64,000 nt of DNA from Thermoanaerobaculia bacterium (GTDB taxonomy: Bacteria; Acidobacteriota; Thermoanaerobaculia; Multivoradales; JAHEKO01), in contig CAMYNM010000003.1 of assembly GCA_947259725.1 (NCBI GenBank), forward strand, positions 171,968 to 235,967. Direction: 5' to 3'. The notes beneath the pieces were generated by a model. The model saw nothing but the letters and a program-made list of their open reading frames with translations, made no database searches and was not told the origin of the DNA. A program made the position numbers and the translations under genes. Shown piece by piece: positions 1-9,748 of this stretch (its first letter is position 1; every line of letters begins with the position of its first letter).

Positions 1-578
1 TCATCGCCAGTCTGCTCGATTCAGACGGCACCCACTCGGAGCTCGACACGGTGGTCGATGAAGTCCATCAGAAGATGGTCGACCGCCACCCGCACGTCTT
101 CGGAGACCAGAAGCTCGGCGACAGCACGCAGGTGCGACGGGCCTGGGAGGCGCAGAAGGTCGGCGACGGCAACTCGACTCTGGGCGGCGTTCCCAACACG
201 CTGCCGGCTCTTCTGGCGGCCTACCGTGTCTCCCAAAAAGCGGCGGGAGTTGGCTTCGACTGGCCCGATGTCGCCTCGGTCCTGGACAAAGTCGCGGAAG
301 AGCTGGCCGAGGTCCGTTCGGCGATCGCCGGTGGCCTCGGCGCCGGCGCGATCGAAGAGGAGGTTGGAGATCTCCTGTTTGCGACCGCCAATCTCGCTCG
401 TAAGCTCGGCTTTGATCCCGAAGCCGCTCTCCAGCATGCAAACGGAAAGTTCCGGCGACGATTCGTCGCGATGGAGGCGCGGCTAGAAACGGGAGAGACC
501 CTGGCTCAACGAACCGACGGCGAGCTGGACGAACTCTGGCAGCGGGCGAAGAAAGACACCAAGCCAACCGGCGGTTAG
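1..578 (+). CDS. mazG: Nucleoside triphosphate pyrophosphohydrolase MazG, C-terminal part (5' end lies outside the window)
   Basis: Translation EVHQKMVDRHPHVFGD...LGDLLFATANLARKLGFDPEAAL matches MazG EE/DD pyrophosphohydrolase motifs. The reading frame is open to position 1. Confidence 0.8.
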   Translation, partial: IASLLDSDGTHSELDTVVDEVHQKMVDRHPHVFGDQKLGDSTQVRRAWEAQKVGDGNSTLGGVPNTLPALLAAYRVSQKAAGVGFDWPDVASVLDKVAEELAEVRSAIAGGLGAGAIEEEVGDLLFATANLARKLGFDPEAALQHANGKFRRRFVAMEARLETGETLAQRTDGELDELWQRAKKDTKPTGG

Positions 579-594
579 TGCCCCGAGCGGGACA

Positions 595-1803
595 CTAGGC
601 CGCTTTCTTTTCCTCGGCCTCGAGCTCTCGAAGAACGCCGATCGCCCGCTCGAGCACCAGGTCATCGAGCGAAAGATCCGCTTCGCTCAGGCTTCGAGTC
701 GCGCCGGTCACACGCAGGTCCGGTTCCACTGCTTCATTGAGGACCTCTCCGTCCGGCGACACGAAAAACGACCCGGTGAAATAAAGCTCGGCTCCGTTGG
801 AGAGGGTCCTTTGCGCGGTGTTGCCGGCGTGCCCGAAAGTGCTGCCGCCGACCAGTTGCGCCGCGGCGAGCCGGCGAAGCAGAACGGCAAAGACCTCACT
901 CGCGCCCTGCGAGCCACGATTGGTCAGAACCACCAGCCGGCCCCGCCACACCGCGGGCCGCCGCGACGCGAGCCGCTCGATCGTCTCGCCGCGCTCGCGC
1001 AGCTCCCCGAACTCACCGTCGACGAGGAGATCGGCAGCCGCAAACGCCACCGACAGGTCCCCTCCGGCTATGCTGCGCAGGTCCAGAATCAAGCGACCGG
1101 TGCCGGCCAGGTCTCCTAGGGAGAGTAGTGTTTCCAGCGACTCGACCATGCCCGGCTCGAATTGCGAGACTCTGAGAATCGGGACACCGTCGTGGATCCG
1201 AAGGTCGAGCTCCTCGCCCGTCAGGTCGCCCAAGCTCAGCTCGAGATCGACGGTCTGCCCCTGGCGAAGCACCTGCACCGGCACGACGGTACCGGGCTCA
1301 CCGGCAAGAAGAACTCGGGCTTCCCAGAGAGGCGTTAGCCGCGTCGACCGGCCACCCAGCTTGGAAATGATGTCCCCGCTCTCGAACCCAGCGTCCGCAC
1401 CCGGACCTCCGGGCGTCACACCGACGACGTAGAGAAAGCCTCGCTCGCGCACAACCAGCAGGCCGCTGCGACGGGCGCCCAGTGCAAGCGCCTCGCGATA
1501 GCGCCCGACATTCGCCTCGGGAACGTAAGTCGCCAGCGGGTCGAGCCCGTCCGCGGTGCCGTCGAAGGCTCCCGAGAAGAGCCGATCGAGATCGGTCTCC
1601 TCGACATAGCGATCCCGGATCTGCTTGAGAACCTCGGTAAATACCGAGAACTCCCGGTAGAAGGAGTCTGTCTCATCGGCCCCGGCGATCGCGCGGGTAA
1701 GTGACCCGGACGCGATCGGAGCCAGCACCAGCACGGTCGCCAGAACGAAGAGCGCTCGGCTCCCGGCAAAGCTGTTGGATCGCCGCGCCATCAGCGCAGC
1801 CAA
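595..1803 (-). CDS. ctpA: S41 family C-terminal processing peptidase (tail-specific protease)
   Basis: N-terminal signal/TM segment. S41 motifs GRLILDLRSIAGGDL and VVLTNRGSQGASEVFA are present. It sits directly downstream of an envC-like gene with a 13-nt overlap. Confidence 0.85.
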   Translation of the reverse strand: MAALMARRSNSFAGSRALFVLATVLVLAPIASGSLTRAIAGADETDSFYREFSVFTEVLKQIRDRYVEETDLDRLFSGAFDGTADGLDPLATYVPEANVGRYREALALGARRSGLLVVRERGFLYVVGVTPGGPGADAGFESGDIISKLGGRSTRLTPLWEARVLLAGEPGTVVPVQVLRQGQTVDLELSLGDLTGEELDLRIHDGVPILRVSQFEPGMVESLETLLSLGDLAGTGRLILDLRSIAGGDLSVAFAAADLLVDGEFGELRERGETIERLASRRPAVWRGRLVVLTNRGSQGASEVFAVLLRRLAAAQLVGGSTFGHAGNTAQRTLSNGAELYFTGSFFVSPDGEVLNEAVEPDLRVTGATRSLSEADLSLDDLVLERAIGVLRELEAEEKKAA

Positions 1804-2942
1804 TCCATCGGATCTTGAGGCCTGTTTTCCACGCGGATTTCGAAGTACAAAGGTGACGTCGCTCTTCCCAGCAACCGGCCCAAAACTACCACATCGTTCT
1901 TGACTACCCGAAGCTCGTCGAGGCCAGCGTGAAGCGAAAAGACTCTACGATGATGGTGCACCACCACGGTCGGCCCGAAGCCTTCGAAGACCGACGCGAA
2001 GATGACCACGCCGGGAAAAACGGCCCGTACTTCGCCGCCTCCTCCGGGGACGATCTGAATCCCGTTGTGAGGCACGCCGGTTCCGTACCGTGCTTCGTAG
2101 CGCGGTCCGAAAGGCACCGACACGATTCCCTCCAGGGGCCAATCGAGAACACCTCGAAAGTCTTGAATCGGCGCACCGGACATCGAGTCCTCATCGGGAT
2201 CCGCCAGGACTGCGATCAGCAGAGCCAGCTTGCGCTCCTTGTCGCTCAGGGCAGCGGCCTCGCCGGCGAGCCGCTCGCGCTCCTTTGCCAGCGCTTGCGC
2301 CACCAAGCCTTGCTTACGGCGCGCCAAAGCCAGCTCGTTCAGCCGAGCTCGTTCCCGCCGGATCGACTTCTCGACCTCGCGGGTGCGCGACTCGAGGCGG
2401 TCCCGCTCGACTGCCAAGTCTGCTCGCTCTTCGAGATAGGACGACAAGAGCCTGGCATCGCGCCGAGCCAGAAAGCGCAGTGTCCTGAGATAGAGAAGAA
2501 GATCGGTTGGCCCCTCGACTGCCAGAAGGCCGCGAATCCAATCTGCGGGAGCCGCTCGATAGAGCGCGACAATACGACTCGAAAGACGTTGGCGTGCCTC
2601 GGTCGTCGCCGACTCCAGCTCTTCGACTCGCTGGGCCGAGAGCGACAGCGCTTCCTCGGCGAGAGCTCGCTCAGCCGTCGCCTCGATGACCATCTGTCGC
2701 TGGATCCGCACCTCGAGCTCGAGTCGCCGCAATTCGGCTTCGACCCCGGTGCCAACGCTTTCGATCTCAGCGAGCTCATCGCGCAACTCGACGGTGCGAG
2801 CTCGGATGCTGTCGAGCTCATTCCGACGGTCACGTTCCGAAGCGGGCTGCCCGAAGGCGCCGGCTGCAAGAACGGTACACAGCACTACGGTCGCCACCGG
2901 CACCGGCCGGAGGCGGACCCTAGCTGCGCAGGGATCTTGCAA
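1791..2942 (-). CDS. EnvC-like murein hydrolase activator (coiled-coil plus M23/LytM domain)
   Basis: Signal peptide, long Glu/Arg/Leu-rich coiled-coil, and a C-terminal LytM-like domain (HNGIQI...VVVHHH...SLHAGL) that may be catalytically degenerate. Confidence 0.75.
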   Translation of the reverse strand: MQDPCAARVRLRPVPVATVVLCTVLAAGAFGQPASERDRRNELDSIRARTVELRDELAEIESVGTGVEAELRRLELEVRIQRQMVIEATAERALAEEALSLSAQRVEELESATTEARQRLSSRIVALYRAAPADWIRGLLAVEGPTDLLLYLRTLRFLARRDARLLSSYLEERADLAVERDRLESRTREVEKSIRRERARLNELALARRKQGLVAQALAKERERLAGEAAALSDKERKLALLIAVLADPDEDSMSGAPIQDFRGVLDWPLEGIVSVPFGPRYEARYGTGVPHNGIQIVPGGGGEVRAVFPGVVIFASVFEGFGPTVVVHHHRRVFSLHAGLDELRVVKNDVVVLGRLLGRATSPLYFEIRVENRPQDPMDWLR

Positions 2943-2987
2943 GCTGCGACGCCGGGCGATTCGGCAGTCTTCGCCCGCTCCCGGCCT

Positions 2988-3335
2988 CTAGCCGGAGACC
3001 GACGCCACCGCCTCGGCTTCGTTGTCGAAGACGTCGAACACGGTGATCAGCTGGGTGATCTGCAACACGTCTGCGACCTTTGGCGGCAGATTGAGCAGAG
3101 CCAGTCGCCCGCCTCGGTTCTTCACCGTCGTATAAGCGGAAACCATCTCGCCGATACCTGACGAATCGATCGTGGATACCTGATTGAGGTCCAGCAAGAT
3201 GCTGGTCGAACCGGCATCGAGGGCGTCGGTGACGGCGTCGCGCAGGGCGATATCGCCGACGCCGATGGTGATCTTTCCTTTGGGCTCCAGAATCGTGACC
3301 CCGCCGGCATGGCGAACGTTAACGCTGAGTTTCAT
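2988..3335 (-). CDS. STAS-domain anti-sigma factor antagonist (SpoIIAA/RsbV-like)
   Basis: 115-aa product MKLSVNVRHAGGVTILEPKGKITIG...STIDSSGIGEMV. ATG at 3333-3335 is preceded by a GAGGAGG RBS. Its stop/start overlaps the upstream kinase gene (ATGA). Confidence 0.85.
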   Translation of the reverse strand: MKLSVNVRHAGGVTILEPKGKITIGVGDIALRDAVTDALDAGSTSILLDLNQVSTIDSSGIGEMVSAYTTVKNRGGRLALLNLPPKVADVLQITQLITVFDVFDNEAEAVASVSG

Positions 3336-3784
3336 GATCCATCCTCCTCGTGCATCGAGTCTTCGGAGCTCCCCGGAACCTGCTTGCGCAAGATCACTTC
3401 GGTGCCTCCGTTCAAGTGAAAAGTGTAGTCGATCTTGTCCATAAATTCCCGCATGAACAGAAGTCCTCGGCCTCCAGGTTTCAAGAGATTCACCGGCGCG
3501 AGAGGGTCCGAGACTCCGTCCGGGTCGAACCCCTCGCCCTCGTCGGACACCCTGACGATCAGCTCTCCGGGCAGGAGATCCATCTCGACGTGGACCTTTT
3601 TCTCCGGCGCCGAATGGTTGCCGTGCTCGATGGCATTGGCCACGGCCTCGCGCACCGCCATGCCCACCTCGTAAGAGGCCCGAACGCCCACCTTCAAGCG
3701 CTGCAACGTCTCTTCGAGAACCATCTGTACGAGCTCCAGGTTCTCGATCTTGCTCTGAATCGAAAGGCCAACTTGTAACGCCAT
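3332..3784 (-). CDS. Anti-sigma regulatory factor, RsbW/SpoIIAB-like serine kinase (HATPase_c)
   Basis: 150-aa product with REAVANAIEHGN, VSDEGEGFDP and GGRGLLFMREFMD motifs typical of RsbW-type kinases. The ORF-track extension upstream is R/G-rich and non-coding-like. Confidence 0.8.
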   Translation of the reverse strand: MALQVGLSIQSKIENLELVQMVLEETLQRLKVGVRASYEVGMAVREAVANAIEHGNHSAPEKKVHVEMDLLPGELIVRVSDEGEGFDPDGVSDPLAPVNLLKPGGRGLLFMREFMDKIDYTFHLNGGTEVILRKQVPGSSEDSMHEEDGS

Positions 3785-3810
3785 GCGGAACCGGTGGAGT
3801 GTAGCACCGG

Positions 3811-4719
3811 TCAGGCCAGTGGGCCGCCTCCCTGGAGGAACTCGAGCGCCCGCGGGATAACCACCAAAAGCTGCAAGGCGTCGAAAACCGCATGGGCGAC
3901 GACTGCCGCCCAGATGCTCTGCCGCCACTTGACCAGTGCCGCGAATACCAGCGAGAGCAAGGTCACGCCGACCAGCATCAGTGGCTGGCCGTAGCCCGCG
4001 TGCGCCAGGACGAAAAGGACGGTGGAGAACGCGACTCCTGCTCGGGGCTGCAGAAAGCCCCGAAAGAAGATCTCCTCGGCGAACCCCGCCGAGGCGCTGA
4101 GCGCGAGCCGCAGGCCGATCGGCAGTGCGGCGATCCAGGGCACGATCGCGGGAGGTTGGCGAGGCAGCGCCTCCTCGCCAGCGAGAAACCAGATCAAGAG
4201 GCCCAGTCCGATCAGCACCGCAAGTACCGCGCCCCAGGCGAGGACCCCGGCGGCCAGGCCGATTCCCAACTCCTTGGCCCATTCCCGAGACCTCAATCCG
4301 AATTGCCGGCCGAATTGCCGGCCAAACCGTCGACCGACGCGAGGCGCAGCGCCGTCTCCCACTCCCGGCTCGACCCGCTGGCTCGAATCAACGTCCGAAG
4401 GCGGGGCGGCGCGAACGAACCCGAGCGCGTACCAACTCACGAGCGTGAACAGGAAAACCGCATGCAGGAGGAACAGTTGAGCACGGCTGACCGAGGACAG
4501 GTCCGGCTCCGGACCTCCGAGAGACGCCAGCGGCAGAAAGATCGCCAGCCAGAAAACCGCGAGCAGCAGCAGGCCGGCCAGCGCGCGCCGAGGTCGAACG
4601 ATGCCGACCATCCCGGGGTCGCCCGTCCTGAAGGCGGGCGGCAAGAGCCCCTTGCGCTCGGTGCGCCGATCGAAGAAAACCGCCGCTGCCGCGGCCAGGC
4701 CGACCGTGGCAACGACCAT
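3811..4719 (-). CDS. CPBP (CAAX protease/Abi) family intramembrane metalloprotease
   Basis: Multi-TM protein with an EEIFFRGFL (EExxxR) motif and later FxxxH and HAVFD motifs. Contains an in-frame tandem repeat coding RRFGRQFGRQFG. Confidence 0.8.
   Translation of the reverse strand: MVVATVGLAAAAAVFFDRRTERKGLLPPAFRTGDPGMVGIVRPRRALAGLLLLAVFWLAIFLPLASLGGPEPDLSSVSRAQLFLLHAVFLFTLVSWYALGFVRAAPPSDVDSSQRVEPGVGDGAAPRVGRRFGRQFGRQFGLRSREWAKELGIGLAAGVLAWGAVLAVLIGLGLLIWFLAGEEALPRQPPAIVPWIAALPIGLRLALSASAGFAEEIFFRGFLQPRAGVAFSTVLFVLAHAGYGQPLMLVGVTLLSLVFAALVKWRQSIWAAVVAHAVFDALQLLVVIPRALEFLQGGGPLA
4300..4323. repeat. Perfect 12-bp tandem duplication (gaattgccggcc x2) inside the CPBP protease gene
   Basis: Direct reading of the sequence. 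It is in-frame (FGRQ FGRQ) in a predicted loop region. Confidence 0.9.
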
Positions 4720-4787
4720 GAGTGGCTTGAACAGTGGCTAACTCGCCCTTCTCATCGACAACGCGGTTCCGGCGGCGCGGGATCCGG

Positions 4788-5078
4788 TCACACCTTCCGC
4801 TTGCGCCGGTAAGCGGCCAGCACACTCCGGGCTTGCGAGATCCTCTGGAGTCTCCGGTTTCTCAGCTGCAACGCTTGAGTGTCGTTCTGATCCGGCTGGG
4901 TGCCTCGAATCTCGCGCAGCCGGCGGTCCATCTCGAAATTGACCTTGTCGAGGTCCGCGGCCGACATTTGCGCAAACGTCCGCGCGGTCACCAGCACGTA
5001 GCCGTCACCGATATCTCGCGCCATGGCCCAAGCGCTGCCTCCAGGAAACGAGCCCACAACCCACCAATCATACTTCAA
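4788..5078 (-). CDS. Small hypothetical protein (96 aa)
   Basis: ORF MKYDWWVVGSFPGG...RRKRKV has a protein-like composition. The overlapping + strand ORF is R-rich and shadow-like. No family recognised. Confidence 0.4.
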   Translation of the reverse strand: MKYDWWVVGSFPGGSAWAMARDIGDGYVLVTARTFAQMSAADLDKVNFEMDRRLREIRGTQPDQNDTQALQLRNRRLQRISQARSVLAAYRRKRKV

Positions 5079-5175
5079 GCGCGTGCTATCCTTTTAGCGG
5101 TATTTCGTCCGAATCGCGGACGACACGTACAAAAACCACGAGCCAACCCCTCGACCGATCACGGAGGTTCTTGTT

Positions 5176-6399
5176 GTGAGCCGCTTTGCTGGCGTTGACT
5201 TTCTCGACATCGATTCACTACTCACCGAAGAGGAGCGGCTGGTCCGCGAGTCCGTTCGCTCCTTTGTGGATGACCGGATCGTACCGATCATCGAAGAGTG
5301 CCACCGGGAGGCGAGGTTCCCGATCGAGCTTCTGCCCAAGATCGGCGAGTTGGGCCTGCTCGGAGCGACGATCACGGAGTACGACCTCCCGGGGCTCAAC
5401 AACGTCGCCTACGGACTCATCATGCAAGAGCTCGAGCGCGGCGACTCGGGGCTGCGCAGCTTCGTCTCGGTGCAGGGTTCCCTGGTCATGTATCCGATCC
5501 ACACGTTCGGCTCGAAGGAGCAGCGCGACCGCTGGATCCCGCCGATGGCCGCCGGCGACGCCATCGGCTGCTTCGGCCTGACCGAGCCTGACTTCGGATC
5601 GAACCCCGCCGGCATGCTGACCAACGCCAAACGGGTCGGCAATGAGTGGCTGCTCAACGGCGCCAAGCAGTGGATCACCAACGGCTCGATCGCCGATGTC
5701 GCGGTGGTCTGGGCTCGCACCGAGGACGGAGTTCGCGGTTTTCTGGTCGAGAAAGGCACTCCCGGCTACACCGCGACAGACCAGCACGGCAAGTTCTCCC
5801 TGCGAGCGTCGATCACCTCCGAGCTGGGCTTTCAAGACTGTCGCATCCCGGCCGAGAATGTTTTGCCCAAAACCGTCGGACTGAAAAACGCCCTCATGTG
5901 CCTGAACCAAGCCCGCTACGGCATCGCCTGGGGCGCTCTGGGAGCTGCCATGGACTGCTACACCACGGCGCTCGAGTACTCGAAGGAGCGCAAGCAGTTC
6001 GGCGGGCAACCGATCGCTTGTCACCAGCTGGTTCAAGACAAACTGGTGTGGATGATCAGCGAGATCACCAAAGGGCAACTCCTGGCGGTCCAGCTCGGCC
6101 GCATGAAGGACGAAAATCGCCTCAAGCATCAGCACGTCTCCCTGGGCAAGCGAAACAACGTGTGGGTTGCCCGCGAGTGCGCCAAGCTGGCCCGCGAGAT
6201 CCTCGGCGCCAACGGCATTGTGGATGACTACCCCGTGATTCGCCACATGCTCAACATCGAGTCGGTCTACACCTACGAGGGCACCCACGACATCCACGGC
6301 CTGGTGATCGGGCAGGCGGTGACCGGTATCCCTGCCTTCAACCCGCCGACGGTGCAGGCCCAGGCGGCCGCCGAACTGACCACCGACAAGACACGATGA
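5176..6399 (+). CDS. gcdH: Glutaryl-CoA dehydrogenase (acyl-CoA dehydrogenase family)
   Basis: GTG start preceded by GGAGG. Contains [13 protein letters not shown] and the YEGTHDIH C-terminal motif characteristic of GCDH-type acyl-CoA dehydrogenases. Confidence 0.75.
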   Translation: MSRFAGVDFLDIDSLLTEEERLVRESVRSFVDDRIVPIIEECHREARFPIELLPKIGELGLLGATITEYDLPGLNNVAYGLIMQELERGDSGLRSFVSVQGSLVMYPIHTFGSKEQRDRWIPPMAAGDAIGCFGLTEPDFGSNPAGMLTNAKRVGNEWLLNGAKQWITNGSIADVAVVWARTEDGVRGFLVEKGTPGYTATDQHGKFSLRASITSELGFQDCRIPAENVLPKTVGLKNALMCLNQARYGIAWGALGAAMDCYTTALEYSKERKQFGGQPIACHQLVQDKLVWMISEITKGQLLAVQLGRMKDENRLKHQHVSLGKRNNVWVARECAKLAREILGANGIVDDYPVIRHMLNIESVYTYEGTHDIHGLVIGQAVTGIPAFNPPTVQAQAAAELTTDKTR

Positions 6400-7385
6400 C
6401 GGTCGTCGAATCGTCCCTCGAACAGGGATTCGTCAGGGTCTGCGAAGCCGCCGCGGTGGCGGCCGCCCAAACCATGGGCTACGGTGACCGCAAGCACTCG
6501 GACCACGTTTCGGTGGAGGCGATGCGACGCGAGCTCGACCGGCTCGCCATGCGTGGCCGGATCGTCATCGGCGAAGGCGAGCGCGACAAGGCCCCGATGC
6601 TCTACGTCGGCGAGGAGGTTGGCGCGCTCAAGGGTCAGAACGAGGGCCTCGAGGTCGACATCGCCGTCGACCCTCTCGAAGGAACCAACTTGTGCGCGAC
6701 CGGCACCGAGGGCGCGATCGCCGTGCTTGCCGCCTCGGAACGTGGCGGCCTTCTGCACGCCCCCGACATCTACATGGACAAGATCGTGGTCGGCCCGACG
6801 GCTCGGCGCACCGCCATTCATCTAGACGCGCCGCCGGCCGAGAATCTTCGAAGCATCGCCGACGCCTACGGCCGCGAGGTCAGTGATTTGACCGTCGTCG
6901 TACTCGAGCGCAAGCGGCACGAGGAGCTGATCGCCGACATTCGTCAAGCCGGTGCGCGGATACGGTTGATTCAAGACGGCGACCTCTCCGCGGGAATCGC
7001 CGCGGCGGTGCGGGGCACCGGGATTCACGCCGTCATGGGTATCGGCGGCGCGCCCGAAGGCGTCTTGACCGCAGCAGCGATGCGCTGCCTCGGCGGCGAG
7101 ATTCACGCGCGGCTGACGCCGCTCGACCCCGAGCAGGAACAACGACTGGTCGATCTTCAGATCGAAGACGTGGACCGAATCTACAGCCGAAGCGATCTGG
7201 CGCCGGGTGAGAACCTGCTGTTTTGTTGCACCGGCGTTACCGACGGCCAGTTGCTCAAGGGCATCCGGTTCTTCGGAGGCGGGTACCGCTCCTCTACGCT
7301 GTTCATGTCTCTGGAGCGCAGGCTCATCCGATTCATAGATTCGATCCGCAGAGACGAAACCGATACCCCGGTGCTGTTTCAATAG
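6396..7385 (+). CDS. glpX: Fructose-1,6-bisphosphatase class II (GlpX)
   Basis: Full-length match to the GlpX family ([16 protein letters not shown] motifs). Overlaps the gcdH stop by 4 nt. Confidence 0.85.
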   Translation: MTVVESSLEQGFVRVCEAAAVAAAQTMGYGDRKHSDHVSVEAMRRELDRLAMRGRIVIGEGERDKAPMLYVGEEVGALKGQNEGLEVDIAVDPLEGTNLCATGTEGAIAVLAASERGGLLHAPDIYMDKIVVGPTARRTAIHLDAPPAENLRSIADAYGREVSDLTVVVLERKRHEELIADIRQAGARIRLIQDGDLSAGIAAAVRGTGIHAVMGIGGAPEGVLTAAAMRCLGGEIHARLTPLDPEQEQRLVDLQIEDVDRIYSRSDLAPGENLLFCCTGVTDGQLLKGIRFFGGGYRSSTLFMSLERRLIRFIDSIRRDETDTPVLFQ

Positions 7386-7417
7386 AGCGGCAGGACTCGC
7401 TGGAGCTCTTTGCGCCG

Positions 7418-7906
7418 ATGATCAAACCCGATCACTGGATCAGGGCCTGGGCGGCGTCCGGAGGGGTCGAGCCGTTCTCGCCCGAACAGGTGAACTCGGC
7501 TAGCTACGACCTCAGGGTGGGCGACGACTGGATCTGCCCGACCCGCGACCCCGAGGACTTTCGATCGTCGAGCGTGAAGCTCTTTCCGGGCGAAGTGGTG
7601 CTGGCATCGAGTCTCGAGTACGTCAGGATTCCTCGGGATGTCGCCTGCGATCTCAAACTCAAGTCCACGCTCGGCCGGCTCTGGATCAATCACTCACTGG
7701 CGGGCTGGTGCGACCCCGGATTCCAGGGAAACATCACGCTCGAGCTGCAAAACCTCGGCCCTGAGCCCTTCGTGCTCAACGCCGGACGACGGATCGCTCA
7801 GCTCATTTTCATCGGCATGGAGAGCGAGCCCGACCACGCCTATGGTGAACCCGGCTCGTCGAGCCACTACCAGGGCCAGACCGGTACGACTCGCGCTCGC
7901 GACTGA
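7418..7906 (+). CDS. dcd: dCTP deaminase (short form)
   Basis: MIKPDHWIRAW...YDLRVGD...GWCDPGFQGNITLELQN matches dCTP deaminase/dUTPase-fold motifs. Start taken at the first ATG after the glpX stop. Confidence 0.7.
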   Translation: MIKPDHWIRAWAASGGVEPFSPEQVNSASYDLRVGDDWICPTRDPEDFRSSSVKLFPGEVVLASSLEYVRIPRDVACDLKLKSTLGRLWINHSLAGWCDPGFQGNITLELQNLGPEPFVLNAGRRIAQLIFIGMESEPDHAYGEPGSSSHYQGQTGTTRARD

Positions 7907-7947
7907 ATCGGTTCGGACCCGCCTATAATCATCGCCGCGGACACCAC

Positions 7948-9090
7948 ATGAGCATCACCGGCAACCTGCAGACGATGGAGCTTTCGGAAGTGCTCCAGTG
8001 GCTTGGTCACACCACCAAGACCGGCGTCCTCGTCCTCGGCAACGGTATGGTCGAAAAGCGGATCATGTTCCTGCGCGGCGAAGTAGTGATGACCGCGTCC
8101 ACCGACCCGAAGGAGTATCTCGGACATTTTCTGGTCAGCCACGGTCTGATCGACGAGCCGACGTTGGCCGAAGCCATGACAATGCAGGCCGAGAACAGCA
8201 TGCTGCTGGGCAAGATTCTGGTCACGATGGGCGCGATCCAGGAGCCTGAGCTCGACCGAATGCTCCGGCTCAAGCTCGAGGAGAGCGTTTACCAGGTCTT
8301 TACCTGGCCGGAAGGAGACTTTCGTTTCATCGACGAAGAGCTGGACGAGTCTTCGATCATTCCCCTGAACCTCAACGTCAACGCCCTGACTCTCGAAGGC
8401 GCCCGGCGAGCCGACGACTGGAAACGACTGCGGGCGCACATCCCGTCTAAGGACTGCGTTGCGGTTTCGACGGCTCCGCTGAAGGCCGGCGAAGGTGATT
8501 CTCTTGCGCAGCAGGTGCTCGACCTGGTCGACGATGATCGCACCGTCGAGGAGATCGCCCTGCACGCCCACTCCAGCGAGTTCCAGGTGTGCCGCGCTCT
8601 CGCCGATCAGATCGAGACCGGCAGCCTCAAGCTGGTGCGCCCGAGAATCGTCTCCACGCAGAGCGCGCCGGCGCCAGCAGAGGCCGTGGAGCTCGACAGC
8701 GCCGGCCTTCTGGCCAAGGCCGAGGCCCTGCTCACCGACGACCAGTTCGAGCAAGCCGTTGGACATTTCCGGGCGGCGCTTCATCTCGATCCCCACAACG
8801 AAAAGATCCGCGCGCGCGTCGCCAACGTCGAGCAGCAGATCGAAGAGCGACTTCAGGCCGAAGGACTACAGCCGCGGTCGGTGCCCAGGCTGCTTCGCTC
8901 CATGGAAGAGCTCGCGGCGCTCGATATCTCGCCGCATGAAGGATTCATCCTCAGCCGCGTCAACGGCACCTACGACATTCAGACCATTCTGAAGATCAGT
9001 CCGATGCCACCGATCAACGCCCTACTCGTCTTCCGGCACTTGCGCACCGCGGGCCACATCGGCCTGGGAGACTCCAAAAACGAGGCCTAG
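7948..9090 (+). CDS. DUF4388 domain protein with C-terminal helical/TPR-like region
   Basis: N-terminus SITGNLQTMELSEVLQWL is the DUF4388 signature. Function unknown. Confidence 0.65.
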   Translation: MSITGNLQTMELSEVLQWLGHTTKTGVLVLGNGMVEKRIMFLRGEVVMTASTDPKEYLGHFLVSHGLIDEPTLAEAMTMQAENSMLLGKILVTMGAIQEPELDRMLRLKLEESVYQVFTWPEGDFRFIDEELDESSIIPLNLNVNALTLEGARRADDWKRLRAHIPSKDCVAVSTAPLKAGEGDSLAQQVLDLVDDDRTVEEIALHAHSSEFQVCRALADQIETGSLKLVRPRIVSTQSAPAPAEAVELDSAGLLAKAEALLTDDQFEQAVGHFRAALHLDPHNEKIRARVANVEQQIEERLQAEGLQPRSVPRLLRSMEELAALDISPHEGFILSRVNGTYDIQTILKISPMPPINALLVFRHLRTAGHIGLGDSKNEA

Positions 9091-9714
9091 AGGGCCGACG
9101 GGGCGCGGGCGCGAGACGTTCGCGTCACCTCGAACCGCGAACCGCAAAGGCCAGCCCGCCGCCGCGCCTGCGTAGTCGACGCCAAGTCTCGGGCCAACCA
9201 CGACCCTTCGCTCGGGCACCCGTCGGCCCCGGCACACCCGGAGGTTGTCGCCGTCGAGGCCGACGCCGTCCAAACCGCGATCGATGGCCAGCGCCTGACA
9301 GAGCTTGCCCGGACCGCTGGCGATCGCGTGGTTCGGCGAATCATGCGCCAGCCCCCGCAGCCGGCGCATGACCTCGATCTCCGCGATCGCCTCGCCGGCT
9401 CTCACCAGCACCGCGCCGCCGGCTCCCTCGAAGCCGGCGACCACGTTGAACATGTTGTGGATGCCGTAGATGAGATAGACGTACGCGCAGCCACCGGCTC
9501 GAAACAGCGTCGCCGTGCGCTTGGTGGGTCGGCCGCGCCAGGCGTGACTGGCTCGGTCGCCTTCACCGAGATAGGCCTCGGTCTCGACGATCCGCAAGAT
9601 CAGCGACCGCCCCTCGTGCACGCGGAGGAGATACCGCCCCAAGAGCCCCCTCGCCACGGCGCGCGGATCGCGGCGGTAGAAAACTCGGGACAGGGACTCT
9701 AGCTCGTTTGACAT
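9022..9714 (-). CDS. mpg: DNA-3-methyladenine glycosylase (Mpg/AAG family)
   Basis: FYRRDPRAVARGLLG...IVETEAYLGEGDRASHA...YVYLIYGIHNMFNVV matches AAG-family glycosylases. Start set at MSNELE (ATG 9712-9714). The 3' end overlaps the convergent DUF4388 gene by 69 nt. Confidence 0.8.
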   Translation of the reverse strand: MSNELESLSRVFYRRDPRAVARGLLGRYLLRVHEGRSLILRIVETEAYLGEGDRASHAWRGRPTKRTATLFRAGGCAYVYLIYGIHNMFNVVAGFEGAGGAVLVRAGEAIAEIEVMRRLRGLAHDSPNHAIASGPGKLCQALAIDRGLDGVGLDGDNLRVCRGRRVPERRVVVGPRLGVDYAGAAAGWPLRFAVRGDANVSRPRPVGPLGLVFGVSQADVARGAQVPEDE

Positions 9715-9748
9715 GGCTCGGGAACCCGCGTCCCTATAATGCCCGAAG

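Noticed and set aside
1929-3161. 410-aa + strand ORF and several other 100-300-aa ORFs (for example 3892..4812, 5218..6297, 9734..10522, 16146..17543)
   Set aside because: They lie antisense to strongly supported genes, have low-complexity R/A/G/P-rich translations and no motifs. I treated them as high-GC shadow ORFs.
6640-6670. GGTCGAC-N6-GTCGACC palindrome inside glpX
   Set aside because: It falls in-frame and encodes VDIAVD, so it is explained by Val-Asp codon usage rather than being a regulatory element.
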